Source: Octopus bimaculoides
Lineage: Eukaryota
Direction of reading: 5' to 3'
DNA length: 54,132 nt
NCBI RefSeq assembly: GCF_001194135.2
Contig: NC_068990.1
Coordinates: 32,841,808-32,895,939, forward strand
Shown: piece by piece, positions 13,062 to 25,949 of the stretch
Layout of the letters: each line of letters starts with the position of its first letter
Numbering within the stretch: position 1 is the first letter of the stretch
Notes under the pieces: model-generated
The model's database searches: none
What the model saw: only the letters and a program-made list of their open reading frames with translations
What the model was told of the DNA's origin: nothing
Translations under genes and position numbers: made by a program

Positions 13062-13465
13062 ACCACTAAGTGGACTACTAATGTGCTAGAAGAAGATCAC
13101 TTAAAAATTCTCAAAGAAAATTCAGCGAAGCAAAAACAGGCGGGCGATACAAGTGAAAATTATAGAAATAAATAGGTTTTCTGTAGACCATGGTTTCAAA
13201 ATCAACATTTTCTTACCGAAAATATCAGATATTTTTGGCAACTGAATCAAACAGGCTGATGATCAAAGGTATCTGTATCATGACTGTCCTGTCTTTTCTT
13301 AAAGAATAGTGTATCTAGGAATACATTGATTGTGTTCCTCTATTTTTAAGACAGTAAGAGGAAGATTTCTGTACTGTTTCCAGCATGTCCTGCAACCACA
13401 TAGAGGATCCCAGTGTATTGACTCTGTTAATCAATCAAATTGTCTTTTTGATGAAAGTCATCATG

Positions 13466-13505
<40 letters not shown>

Positions 13506-13871
13506 TGTAGCAAGTACTCTACTGAGTATATAGGATATTTGTGTGTATGTGTGTAGCAAATAATCTACTGAGGATGTTTGTGTGTGTGTGTGTAACAATA
13601 TTTGTTTTGTATTTCTAAAATGCAGGAAGTCAACATTCTAGACCTGGAAGTTGAAACTGTTGGAATTTTGGATGTTGTTTGTATGTTTGCCTGTAAAATA
13701 TTAGTGACTTGGTACAATGTCTTGGTTTTAGAATAGGAATACCACATTCCTGTGTATAGTAGTAGTAAAAAAAAACTCTTGGTGACAGGAAGGGTATCTA
13801 ACTGTAAAACACTACTTCAGAATGCCAGTTGAACCTGCTAGATTGGAAAACTGGATGCATTTAAAAATACA

Positions 13872-13872
13872 T

Positions 13873-13941
<69 letters not shown>

Positions 13942-14012
13942 GAGAGAGACAGAGAGAGAGAGAGAGGGAGAGAGACAGAGAGAGAGAGAGAGATTATCAT
14001 CATCATCATATC
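13872..14012. repeat. Compound (TG)n(GA)n(ATC)n microsatellite
   Basis: Seen directly. Confidence 0.95.
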
Positions 14013-15544
14013 CAGTGAGTGTGTATCACACACTCTCACATGCATGCAAATCAATTAGCAATGCTAGAGAATTATGCTTAATATATGCAGAAGAACACAC
14101 TCTGAGAGGCAAAGAAAGAGGAAGATATTACTTAGTTAGTCTTTTATTATGAGAATGACCAGAAGCAGAAAACAATCCATGTATAATAAAATCAGTGCTG
14201 CGTCTAAATCTCCATTCTTCACATAATTCTTGTGATTTTGTCCTTTTGCTTGAATTTATTGATAACAGGATGTAGAATTAGAATAATTGCAAGTGGTCTT
14301 CAATATAATAAAGCAGAATGCTACGATGATGCTGGCTAAGATAACTGATGAAATGAGTGTTTGTAACAATAGGTCTATGTTGTATAATTTACTCAGCGAT
14401 ACCAGATGCCGTAGACGTGACAAGATTTACTTTATTGATGACATTGAACTTGCTTTGGTTAAAGATCATGTGATCAATCAAACTATACAAGGCAGAAATT
14501 TGTGAGAAACTTATATAACCGCAAGACAAGAATGAAATTATTAATCATCATATCCATCAACATTTTAACAGCCGTTTATCTATGCTGACATGAATAGGTT
14601 GGATCTGTTATACAGTAGATTACCAATTATTTCAATTCTCCGTCATCTCTTTCTTCTGTGAAGCGTAGTATTCTAAGATTTGAGCCACACCACTCCTTTC
14701 TATATCTTCCACTTCTCACATCAAATGGCTCCTTTCCACTCTGCACCCTTTACATGTATACAATATGTTTATATTAAGGTTGTTGATAATCTTACTTTAA
14801 CTGGTGACTTTAATATGCATGCATACTTTCAACTCACTGTGCCTTTGTAGGTGAACATTATACATCATCTTAAACAGTTGCAAATTCAACATTCAATACC
14901 ACATGCCCCTGCACCATGTAACATTACTCTTTAAACATTTTTAACAGTCTTTCACACAATGGAAAGATTCTTTGTTGCTAACAGAGATATTAATTACTTC
15001 AACTTCTTTCATTTCTCCCTTCCTTATTCTTCTGACTCTATAGTCCCCATCCCAAGATAACTAGGTAGAGTATACCTACTGCTAATTACTCCTGTCTCAG
15101 ATCTTAGGTGGTCATGATGATGGCTATGGTGGTAATGATCACAATGATGGTGAGGGTGATAGGGATGATGATAAAACTAGAAATCTTTAATTAACAGGTG
15201 AATATGAAACAGTCTACCTGTGGATGCCATGCGATATTTTGATTGTTAGAGATATCTGCTGTCAGCCAGGAATTGGGTTTAGCAAAGTGGAAGAGAATGA
15301 ATAGAGATTAGGTTACTGGTTTCAATATCATTAAAACTGGAATAATAATGGTGACTGGACTGACTCCTTCCACAGCACAATGGAAAAGCCTTCAGTTTGA
15401 TCAGGAACTGAATATTGAAATATCGCAATGTTATTTCAAAATTCTTTTCTTGAAAGCTGAGCTTGCCAAGTTTGCCAGGAAGTAATGGTCTGCTCTGATT
15501 TTCAGTTTTAGAGTTGAGCTACTTGCTGTTTTAAAATTTTAATG

Positions 15545-15810
15545 TTTTGCAGTGTTAGTGTACATGTAGGATTGAGTACAAATGTGTGGAAACAAAATCT
15601 TGGCTTAAGAGACATCAGTAGAGTGCAGGAGAGAAGACTGCACTGATATGGTTACGTAATATGGATGGATGAAGAAAGCTGTATAAAGAAATACTGATTG
15701 CTAAATGTAGAAGGAGCCTAAGGAAGAGAGAGGCTGAGAAGGACATGGGATGAAGGGATGAAGATGGACCTTAATATTTTGAGTCTCTTGGAGGAAATGA
15801 TGGGGATCAA
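15545..15810 (+). mobile_element. RTE LINE ORF C-terminal fragment, decayed
   Basis: In-frame CSVSVHVG...LGLRDISRVQERRLH*YGYVIWMDEESCIKKY*LLNVEGA*GRERLRRTWDE; homologous to 3840-4090. Confidence 0.8.
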
Positions 15811-16565
15811 GAAGGGGACCAATCTTCTACAATATCCTGTTTCCTTGATCCGTTTCCCCTCCACTGAACTGATATTCTCTGCATCCTACACATTCTCCAT
15901 CTCTAATCATTTTCCACTCTATTCTCACTATAGCACACTCACCTATCTACTCACCTTTTCTGTTCCTCTATCCTATTGTGTCTCATATTCACCTTGTACT
16001 TTGATCTCTCATCTCTTTCTGTCTCTCTCTTTCCAGATGGGAAAGCTGTGTATTCACCTATTCAACAAGACACCTGTTCCTGTCCTTCTATCTTGGTTTC
16101 TTACCCTTCAGTACCATACCCAACTTGGAGTACCGACAATTTAGTGCTAGATAATCCAGTGCATGCTATATATGCAATTTATTATTACATTATATTGGTG
16201 TTGGTTGTATATCTAAAACATATACACATGCAAACTACAAACAGCAATGGCTCTAAGTTGTTTTCTGTGATACCAGAGTAGATCCTACTTCACAGAATCC
16301 CAACACAACAGTTCCACCTTTAGCATAGATCTGTAACTGCTCCATATATTTTCTTCATATAAGCTTTCCATATATTACAGTCTTGAATTTTCAAAACTGA
16401 ATAAGACTTAGGAAATACAATTTGTATATGAAGTTGGGTTTACTGTAACATTAAATCAAAGCAAAACCTGAATGATGACAGAATATTCAAAAGAAAGTTT
16501 TTACAGAAACAGAATATTGAAAGTGAAAAGAAAGTTAAGAGTTGCAGAAAGATATGCATGCAATA

Positions 16566-16601
<36 letters not shown>

Positions 16602-16782
16602 TCTGTATGTGTACGTATGTACATGCATACATATGTATGTATGTAAAATAGATCAGAAGTTGTCAGAAGCAAACCTTCAAGCTCTGAACAACTATAAATA
16701 GATAATGGAGAGAATGTTACAGTGTATTGGGACATATTTTAGTGATAGGAACTAAATGAAATAAATGGTCGAACAAGAGTAA

Positions 16783-16995
16783 CCCTTTAGCAATCAGATT
16801 TATCCATTAACTGTAATACTTATTTGAGTACATTGTTTCAAATTAATCATGCATTATTTTGTAGCTTCGTGATTTTGATGATGTGATTGTCTATGTTTAG
16901 AATGACATTGTTGGGTAGGTGTGAGAGGCCAGATTTGGCCAGTTTGAACATAAAACAGATCAAATATTACGGCTGGATTTGGGATAATAATGCTT
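16783..16995 (-). mobile_element. piggyBac-like MITE family E, diverged
   Basis: Begins aaccctttagcaatcagatt; reverse complement of 36926-37144; the other end is eroded. Confidence 0.65.
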
Positions 16996-19632
16996 TGTAA
17001 TGGAACTTATGTTGGTTCTTAAATCCTATCAAAGAAAACAAAATTCAATGTTTGTAAGTATGAATGTGCCTGATACAAAGAGGGAAGTAAATATGCCTGT
17101 GTCCAAACTATGCAAGTCTCAAAATAATGGATTTAAATATGATGATTATATAAAAATAAGAATGGAGAAAATCACATCTTTAAAAGATTACACCCACCAT
17201 ACAATACCAGCAGTCAGTTCTGTTTTGTCACCTTATTTAGATACAGAGAATATCAGTCAAAGTAATATATCCAAAAATATATTTTAACACAAGGAAATCC
17301 AAAATTGCTTAAATTCAAAGTGAACAAAGAAAATATCTCTAGTAGACAACTGCATACAAAAAGAACATTAAGAAGAAATATAATGGCATTATAAAAAATG
17401 CCAGTTTAGTATTTAACCTTTGATGACGTCAGTAGACAATGAAAAAAATAAAAAATAAGCGTAGGATTGCTTCATTTCAACAATTAGAAACAGAAATTCT
17501 ACGCCATAACAATTAGTTATCTATCTGTTAAATATGCATGACGCTTTTAGAAAAGTTATGCATATTATATTATATTATATGAAAAGTAATTATAATTAAT
17601 AGTTTAATTAGAATTGAAATATTTAAATGCTTTTCTACAATTGTGAGAACATTTCAATGTAAAATTATGTTTATAATTCAATAATATTAATTTAAAAGTA
17701 ATTATATAATACATTTCCTAAAGGCCTCTCAGAAGTGCATGCAGAAAGCTAGCACAAAACAATGTAGGCATGACTGTGTTGGTAAAAACATGCAGTGGGA
17801 TGTTATCCAAGTTTTTAGATTTCAAGTGAGAGAAAGGAGGTATGATTACAAGCCAGAGGCTGTGGTGGTGAATAATAATTACAAGATTTTCTGAGACTTC
17901 TCCATATAAACTGACCATACTACTGAAACAAGGAGACCAGATATGATCACCTTGCTTCAATAAGCTGGATAGTTGTCACAGTTGAAGCTAGTTATTATTC
18001 AGAGTTACTACTCTCCTACACGTATTGGAGGATCACCATGGTTTCTATGGTTGGATATGCTTCCTAACACCAGTAACTTTATGGAATGTACTGGGTACAC
18101 TTATCATGGCACCAACACTAGATTATTTGTCTCTTCCTTGGCAAGACTAAATGGTTCTTTCAAATCTTACATTCTTTCTGCTTATCTGCTATCCACTTTA
18201 CTGTGTGTAGAGGGTACATTTTGTTACCCAAAGTGCTACAGAGTCTTCACTACCCTTTGCTGTCTCTATTTATTCAGGACAACTTGATCAAGAAGATAGA
18301 TAGGTGAAAGCACAATGGTAGAAAAAGAACCAGGCTGAGAAGGAAGGACTAATGAAAGAAAGTCTATAATGGCAGTGAGTAGAGAAATAGAGAGACAGTA
18401 ATGGGAGGCATTGATGGAAAGGAGACAATAATGGTGATGAATAATGGAAGAGAGAAAATTATGACAAGAAGTCAAGGAAGAGTGACAATGATGGCAGCTA
18501 CATGTTTGTTAGTGTGAGAGAGAAGTTGAATGATGGTTTAGAAGTGGTCTGATGATAATGAAATCATACCTGATGGCACAGAAAGAGTGAGCCCCTTGAT
18601 AGAATAAAGTGATAAGAACAATGGTAAGGGGAAATTGAATATAGATGGACCCAGTGCCATTCTTTGTAACCTGGGCAATAGAGTCTAGGCTCAAGGTGTT
18701 CCAATCATAACCATCCCATCACATTAGAAATATGTAAAATCACATTATCTAATGTGGCTTTTTATTACTCAAGAAGTTAGAGTGTGATTTGAGGGATACT
18801 GACTGTTATTTGTAGCATGTTAAGAGACTGTATAGAGAGTCCTGCATTAATTCAGTATATATATGTTATTGGTATCTATTTTATCTCATTTGGAAGGATG
18901 AAAACCAAAATTGTCCTCATGGGAACATAAGTTGCAGCATAAAGAAATGAAACTAAACACCACTCTAACAATGTTATCCTAATGATGATGACGATGATGA
19001 TGACAGCAATGATGACAACGATGATGATGATGATGTTGATTGTGATGTTGGGATGATGATGACAATGATTTCTAACAATGGCACAAGTTCACAGATTGAT
19101 TTAATTAATTCTAATATTTCAATGTTATTTATTTTATGGAACCCCAGGTGACCACATCAAGATTTCAAACTGAGAACATAAAATGACGTAACTAAATCCC
19201 AGAAGGTATTTTTGTCAGATGTTCAACCAATTTCCCTATTCAATAAGTAAGTTATTTAAGACTATTTAGTGTGAAACTGGGAGAAGGAGCGAAGTGGGAG
19301 AGATTTATGAACTTTTAGTCTCTGTTATTTTAATTTCAACAGCTCTCATTCAAGACAAATGCACCATGTAACAAGTGTTCTGTACAAATTATGTATAATG
19401 AACAGCAACAGTTTACAGCAAGGTTTGACCATCATAAATTTCCCTTTTCGAATCAGGCAATATACATGTCAGTGTAATATCTTCCATAGCTTTCTATTTA
19501 GATTTATGTATGAGGTGAAGACTGAAGTAAATTTACTATTTACAACTGGATGTTGGAGTAACTTTTGTTTCAATGTATCTTAGTAATGAGTGGGATTGGA
19601 GCTTTAGAACAATACTAAGTTCCCCAGTAGGT

Positions 19633-20034
19633 GTAGGAGTGGCTGTGTGGTAAGTAGCTTGCTTACGGACCACATGGTTCCGGGTTCAGTCCCACTGTGT
19701 GGCACCTTGGGCAAGTGTCTTCTACTGTAACCTCAGGCCGACCAAAGCCTTGTGAGTGGATTTGGTAGACAGAAACTGAAAGAAGCCCATCGCATATATG
19801 TATATGTATGTGTATGTATATGTTTGTGTGTCTGTGTTTGTGCCCCCCAACATCGCTTGACAACCGATGTTGGTGTGTTTACATCCCCGTAACTTAGTGG
19901 TTCGACATAAGAGACTAATAGAATAAGTACTAGGCTTACAAAGAATAAGTCCTGGGGTCGATTTGCTCGACTAAAGACGGTGCTCCAGCATGGCCACAGT
20001 CAAATGACTGAAACAAGTAAAAGAGTAAAGAGTA
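19633..20034 (+). mobile_element. tRNA-derived SINE family B, full length
   Basis: tRNA-like head (tggctgtgtggtaag...ggttcagtccca), central (TA)/(TG) microsatellite, tail ggtgctccagcatggccacagtcaaatgactgaaacaagtaaaagagt; several homologous copies in the window. Confidence 0.92.
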
Positions 20035-20223
20035 AGTCAAGACTGAAAATGGAAGTTCAATGTTGGTGGAAGTATTTACTTCCACTGATTGTTCATACCT
20101 GAAAATAATTGGCCTAATTCAGTAACTGAGAGAAAAACTGGATCCAGCTTAGTCTATCTTGTTCCTTTCTCATATTGCATGAAGATGGAAGAAGCTTCTT
20201 GTTTGTTGTTTTATTTCACTCAG

Positions 20224-20321
20224 CTACACAAATCAAGGTGACAAAGCAGGTATGGAGGCCAACAGGATATGTACTTTATCTGAGTTGTGATGCTAGACAA
20301 CACAACAATTCTGTACCTGAG
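20224..20321 (+). CDS. Candidate internal exon, product unknown (xTQIKVTKQVWRPTGYVLYLSCDARQHNNSVPE)
   Basis: ttatttcactcag acceptor, GAG/gtaaat donor, one open frame. An alternative donor CAG/gtatgg lies after 20249. No homology verified. Confidence 0.35.
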
Positions 20322-20345
20322 GTAAATGTCTACTCTCTATATGAA

Positions 20346-20636
20346 CCCATTACCTCCCATAATTTTATTAACTGGAATTTTGTTTATGAAACCTTGATTT
20401 TTAGCATAAAACAGCTTTAGAAACACACTGGAATGATCAAAATAACATTTCAAAATAACATTTTAAATAGAAATAAGCGAGATATTGGGTAAAAAATTAG
20501 CAAACCTCATTTGAATATCAGAGAAATATACCTAGTAGATATAGCAAAAAGGTTAGATATGTGTAAATATTGACAGATAATTACGAAATTTGTAATTTTT
20601 AAGTGACCTCATATGAGATCACCGGTAGGTAATGGG
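20346..20636. mobile_element. MITE with CCC-starting TIRs (piggyBac-like)
   Basis: Inverted termini aacccattacct (20344-20355) and aggtaatgggtt (20627-20638); right flank ttaa, left flank tgaa. Confidence 0.6.
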
Positions 20637-21619
20637 TTAAGCATCGCTTATGGTGTTGAGTCCTAAAACTTATAGGGTTGGCTACCCCAGAACAGGATGT
20701 CAGTCCAGTGAAGGTTTACTCTTTTACAGCTGAGTGAACTGGAGCAAAGTGAAATGAAGTGTTTCGTTCAAGAACACAATGCATCACCCAGTCAGAGAAT
20801 TGAAACCATGACCTTGTGATTGTGAGTGCAACACACTAACCACTACACTATGCACCTTCATGAACATATTTTATGCTTATATCTTAATCATAGGCACAGT
20901 TGTAGCTGTGGTAGGAAGCTTGCTTCCCAATCACATGGTTTCAGGTTCAGTCCCACTGCATGGCTCCTTGGGCCAACCAAGGTCTTGTGAGTAGATCTAG
21001 TAGATAGAAACTTAAAGAAATCCACTGTGTTCCTCGGGTGTGTGCTGTGGTTTGTTGTGGTGCTCTTATTTTCACTATATTGCTAGTGCTATACATAGGA
21101 TGTGTGCAGTGTCTAGTAGTGCTATTTTATATATGTTCATTAGTCCTGATGTTTTGGTTATGTATTTGACTGTTTGTTTTTTAATCATGCCTAATGCACC
21201 TATTATTTTATTATCAAGTATTATTATCATTATTATTATTTTTTTTACTTTTAATCTGCATCTTTGTTACAGTCACTTGCCATGACACACCCAGCATCCT
21301 GGGGCAAGTGAAGGATAAGAGATGTTACAATATGACTGAAAGCTTGGGGAGGGGAGGTAGTGAAATATCTTCATGTAATACAACACAGACATTTAAATGG
21401 ATAGGGTTTTTCTAAGGATGTAAGTCAAAAACTTCACAGTCACCCAATGTTCTTACTGCTTACAGTAATACTAATGGTTTTGAAATACAGAGATGAAATA
21501 TATATTAGACTCAGTAAGTACAGAGACAAGGACTTGTGAAAACTATGGGTTCATTGAAATATTCTTTCAAAATTTATAAAAATATAAATTTGCACAACAT
21601 TTATGCATAAATATGTCAA

Positions 21620-21849
21620 TATATTCTTTTATTCTTTTACTTGATTCAGACATTTGACTGCAGCGATGCTGGAGCACCACCTTTAGTCGAACAAATCAAC
21701 CCAACGACTTACTCTTTGTAAGCCTAGTACTTATTCCATTGGTTTCTTTTGCTGAACCACTAAGTTACAGGGATGCAAACACACTAACATCAGTTGTCAA
21801 GTGATGGTGGGGGGACAAACACAGACACGCATACAAATACACACACACA

Positions 21850-21864
<15 letters not shown>
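21620..21864 (-). mobile_element. SINE family B, 3' half (5' part lost in gap)
   Basis: Reverse complement of the family B tail. Confidence 0.85.
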
Positions 21865-21882
<18 letters not shown>

Positions 21883-21884
21883 CT

Positions 21885-22664
21885 NNNNNNNNNNNNNNNN
21901 NNNNNNNNNNNNNNNNNNNNNNNNNNNNNNNNNNNNNNNNNNNNNNNNNNNNNNNNNNNNNNNNNNNNNNNNNNNNNNNNNNNNNNNNNNNNNNNNNNNN
22001 NNNNNNNNNNNNNNNNNNNNNNNNNNNNNNNNNNNNNNNNNNNNNNNNNNNNNNNNNNNNNNNNNNNNNNNNNNNNNNNNNNNNNNNNNNNNNNNNNNNN
22101 NNNNNNNNNNNNNNNNNNNNNNNNNNNNNNNNNNNNNNNNNNNNNNNNNNNNNNNNNNNNNNNNNNNNNNNNNNNNNNNNNNNNNNNNNNNNNNNNNNNN
22201 NNNNNNNNNNNNNNNNNNNNNNNNNNNNNNNNNNNNNNNNNNNNNNNNNNNNNNNNNNNNNNNNNNNNNNNNNNNNNNNNNNNNNNNNNNNNNNNNNNNN
22301 NNNNNNNNNNNNNNNNNNNNNNNNNNNNNNNNNNNNNNNNNNNNNNNNNNNNNNNNNNNNNNNNNNNNNNNNNNNNNNNNNNNNNNNNNNNNNNNNNNNN
22401 NNNNNNNNNNNNNNNNNNNNNNNNNNNNNNNNNNNNNNNNNNNNNNNNNNNNNNNNNNNNNNNNNNNNNNNNNNNNNNNNNNNNNNNNNNNNNNNNNNNN
22501 NNNNNNNNNNNNNNNNNNNNNNNNNNNNNNNNNNNNNNNNNNNNNNNNNNNNNNNNNNNNNNNNNNNNNNNNNNNNNNNNNNNNNNNNNNNNNNNNNNNN
22601 NNNNNNNNNNNNNNNNNNNNNNNNNNNNNNNNNNNNNNNNNNNNNNNNNNNNNNNNNNNNNNNN
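21885..22664. other. Assembly gap (N)
   Basis: N run flanked by microsatellite/SINE. Confidence 1.
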
Positions 22665-22699
22665 AACGCCCATCGTATATATGTATATATATATATATG

Positions 22700-22736
<37 letters not shown>

Positions 22737-22939
22737 TTGTGCGTCTGTGTTTGTCCCCCTAGCATTGCTTGACAACCGATGCTGCTGTGTTTATGTTCCT
22801 GTCACTTAGCAGTTCGGCAAAAGAGACCGATAGAATAAGTACTAGGCTTACAAAGAATAAGTCCCAGGGTTGATTTGCTCGACTAAAGGCGGTGCTCCAG
22901 CATGGCCGCAGTCAAATGACTGAAACAAGTAAAAGAGTA
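22665..22939 (+). mobile_element. SINE family B, 3' part
   Basis: Close match to 19790-20030. Confidence 0.9.
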
Positions 22940-24071
22940 TATATATATATATATATATATTTGTCCAGAATTATGCTGGACGTAGAGCAGGGGAGAAAAC
23001 AGCAATTCAGTGAAGAAATAGTGAGCGTAATAGACCTGACTGAGAGGGAGAGGGAGAAAGTAATAGAAATGCGAGAAAGAAAGGGATGATATTTGAATAA
23101 GGAAGTGGGGAAAAATCAGAGCTTCAACTCTGTGTGAGTATATGTGTATGTGTGTACAAGGAAGTATGTGAATGATTGTATGTGTGATTATTATGTACCT
23201 TATTTATATACAAAATACTACAAATAGCTGTCATTATTGACGGTACATGGTCAACTAGTTAGAATAATAATTATTAACACAATATATTCTATGTAGACAA
23301 GGTAGATCTAACCTTGTAGTTTATTTGAAGTAGTGTTTCCATTTATACATAACAAACATATCATACATTGTTAGCAAACATTTCTAATATAAGCACATGC
23401 CTGCAAATTTGCGGGTAGATGGGGTTATCCATTTAAACTGGCCTCGGTTGTCATTTAGTATTTCAGTTTATTCAAACCTTGAAGGATAGAAGGCAAAGTT
23501 AACTTCATCAAAAATGACGTGAAGGTGAAGAGAAAAATAAATTTATTCAATATTTTTGATGTGACAAAAAATAATTGTGAAGTGAAAAATTTTAAAGTCA
23601 AACACAGTATAAACAATATCAAAACTATTTTTTAGTTACACAGAAAATGGCCAGAATGTGTTGATTGACATAAAAAGCCACAATAAACCAGTCAAAAATA
23701 TTGAATGAATATTTTTCTCTTTGCGTTGTTAAGTAACTTTTATTGCCTTCCTATTTCTATAATTGGGGTTTAACACATCAGACTAGTGGAATCACAGGTG
23801 GAGTGCAGGAAACTTAGTGGACTTTAGCTGTCAAGAAAATTACACCACAAAGCATTAAGTTGTCATCTTCTGTTGAGCTATAGGTATTTTCAATTTAAGC
23901 TGACTCAACTACATCTACAGTTACTCCAATATAAAACCATTCTGGATGACACTGCAATGTGTTCTAATTCCCAGGAATATTCCAGTGATACCTCTTACAT
24001 TTTATGGGCTTCTTAGATTAGTTCCAGACAGGTACATCAAAATGGTTTCCTAATGCCTTCTCCATTTTCAG

Positions 24072-24130
24072 GTGACAAAGAGATAAATAAGTGCTGTGAC
24101 ATTTATGCCTTTCGTCCAAACCATAGCAAT
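24072..24130 (+). other. Candidate 59-nt exon (reading GDKEINKCCDIYAFRPNHSN or ATG-started MPFVQTIA)
   Basis: tccattttcag acceptor and AAT/gtaagt donor; frame ambiguous. Confidence 0.4.
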
Positions 24131-24569
24131 GTAAGTTAAAAGCCATTGGCTACAATGAGGGATGGAACCTACATAAGATTATGACTTATTGTCACTAGAT
24201 ACATACCATTCCACAATACTCTCCCCTCATTAGATTTAAATAACGACCACTTGACATTGTCAAGGTATCTGGATAATTATGATATGTTGGAGAGAAGTGG
24301 TTGTAACAGATATCTACCAAGTTAGGTAATAGTTTCACTCTATCTTTCTGTGCTGTCTTGCTTACCATTCTTGCTTGAGAGATTGTTATATAGCATGAGA
24401 CTTTAAGTACATGAACACTTCTCTTCTCTCTGGTAATATTTACATTACCATACTTCTACAAACATTAAGTGGATTATATATTTTGATTAAATTTCAAAAT
24501 AATAAAGAATTCAGATACGTCTTGTTGAATAAGTATTGAATTATACTAATGAAAAAATCTTTATTTTTG

Positions 24570-25085
24570 TACAATTTAGGAACAATCTTCTTTCTGGCCA
24601 TTCCTTTTCTCATCTAATCATCTTTTTAAATTTAACTGTCCCATAGACACAAAGAAATTTATTACAAGCACTTTGTTGTCCAAGCAATAAGCTCAGCACT
24701 TTCATTTCTGTACATATCATATGCTCAATGTATTTGAGCTTTTTCAGTACAATATTCACAGCTTCATTACTTTCTTTTTCATGTACTGAGTGCTAGCCAA
24801 TTGGTATGGAAGCAAGTACATGTCCATGTTCATTAATTAAAACACACTTTAAACTGACCTTTCAGCTGTCAATGGAAACTCACCATTCATCTGATTTATA
24901 TTGATCCATGACATTTAACATATCACTAATATTATGGTAATAATGAAATCTTCCAATTTGAGGAACTTCAAGAGATCATTTTCTCTATGACAATTGCATA
25001 CTAAATGATGTTCCTGGAGCTGGCGAGCTCTTTCTTGTTTCAGTCTGGATTCTAGTAATTATAGCAAAGTCTGTGGTAATGCTAA
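24570..25085 (-). mobile_element. Chapaev3-like (CMC superfamily) DNA transposase relic
   Basis: Minus-strand translation with stops and frameshifts: LLESRLK, APGTSFS, YKSDEW*VSIDS*KVSLKCVL, ASIPIG*HSVHEKE, KLKYIEH, MKVLSLLLGQQ, CLWDS, KEWPER. This matches the recalled Chapaev3 motif series (EWRLFIDSSKxSLKxVLLH...LLGQQxGYTKxPCFLCxWDSR). Confidence 0.8.
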
Positions 25086-25246
25086 ATTGTGCATGTGTTA
25101 AGTATTTTAATTCAAACTGAGTGTGAAGAGTTGGATATATAAATACATAAATATCATATTTATATATTCATATATAGATGGACATGTCATTTGCAAACAA
25201 ATTGCTAGTTTTGATTTGTGTTGTTTGTTTTCACTTCTCCATGTAG

Positions 25247-25317
25247 TCACGCCCAAGCTGTTTGCTGTTCAATAGACTGGGAGATTACCTCAACAGGATC
25301 AGACAGAGTTGATGTCA
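25247..25317 (+). other. Candidate 71-nt exon (HAQAVCCSIDWEITSTGSDRVDV, phase 2 to 1)
   Basis: Long pyrimidine tract ending catgtag; TCA/gtaagg donor; one fully open frame. Confidence 0.4.
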
Positions 25318-25423
25318 GTAAGGGCATTTGGTTGTAGAAAATTCTTCCTTATTGTACTCTAATCTGATCCATGAAAACATAAAAAACACATTAAAACAAT
25401 GATGATGATTATAATGATTGTGT

Positions 25424-25495
<72 letters not shown>

Positions 25496-25566
25496 AAAAC
25501 TAAATATACAAAATAAAAATAAAAATATATACAAAAAAAGGGTTTTGCATGATCGTGTATAGAGGA

Positions 25567-25834
25567 ATATATTATTTAAAAGAGTTCCAACTCTGTTTCT
25601 CATGTTTTATTTATATTCTTATAAAATTAATGTGGGATATAGAATATGGAATATATAATATAATATAAATGGTAAAATGAAATGAAGTGTTGAATGTCTT
25701 ATTGAATATATGAAATATTGAGTATTAAATATAGAGAATCAAATATATATATTTGATTCTATATCCCACATTAATTTTATAAGAATATAAATAAAACATA
25801 AAAAACAGAGCTGGAACTCTTTTAAATAATATAT
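25567..25834. repeat. 79-bp inverted repeat with 110-nt spacer
   Basis: Arms 25567-25645 and 25756-25834 differ at 3 positions by eye. Confidence 0.95.
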
Positions 25835-25949
25835 ATATATACATATATACATATATACATATATACATATATACATGAGTGTGGATGTGTGGATGTATGT
25901 GTGCAAGTATATGTATATGTACATATATATGTTCTTTTCTTCTTTTCTT

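Noticed and set aside
15758-16144. 128-aa ORF as a host gene
   Set aside because: Its N-terminus is the end of the RTE ORF fragment and the rest is CT-rich LINE-associated sequence.
21765-22775. ORFs of 200-400 aa at 21.8, 27.2, 42.1, 47.7 and 48.5 kb
   Set aside because: They are open only because they run through N gaps; the flanks are microsatellite translations.
20224-25317. Assignment of the + strand exon chain to a named WD40, Ig or CFAP/EFCAB gene
   Set aside because: Motif fits are loose and mutually contradictory, and exon phases do not chain into one long ORF; no gene symbol can be supported.
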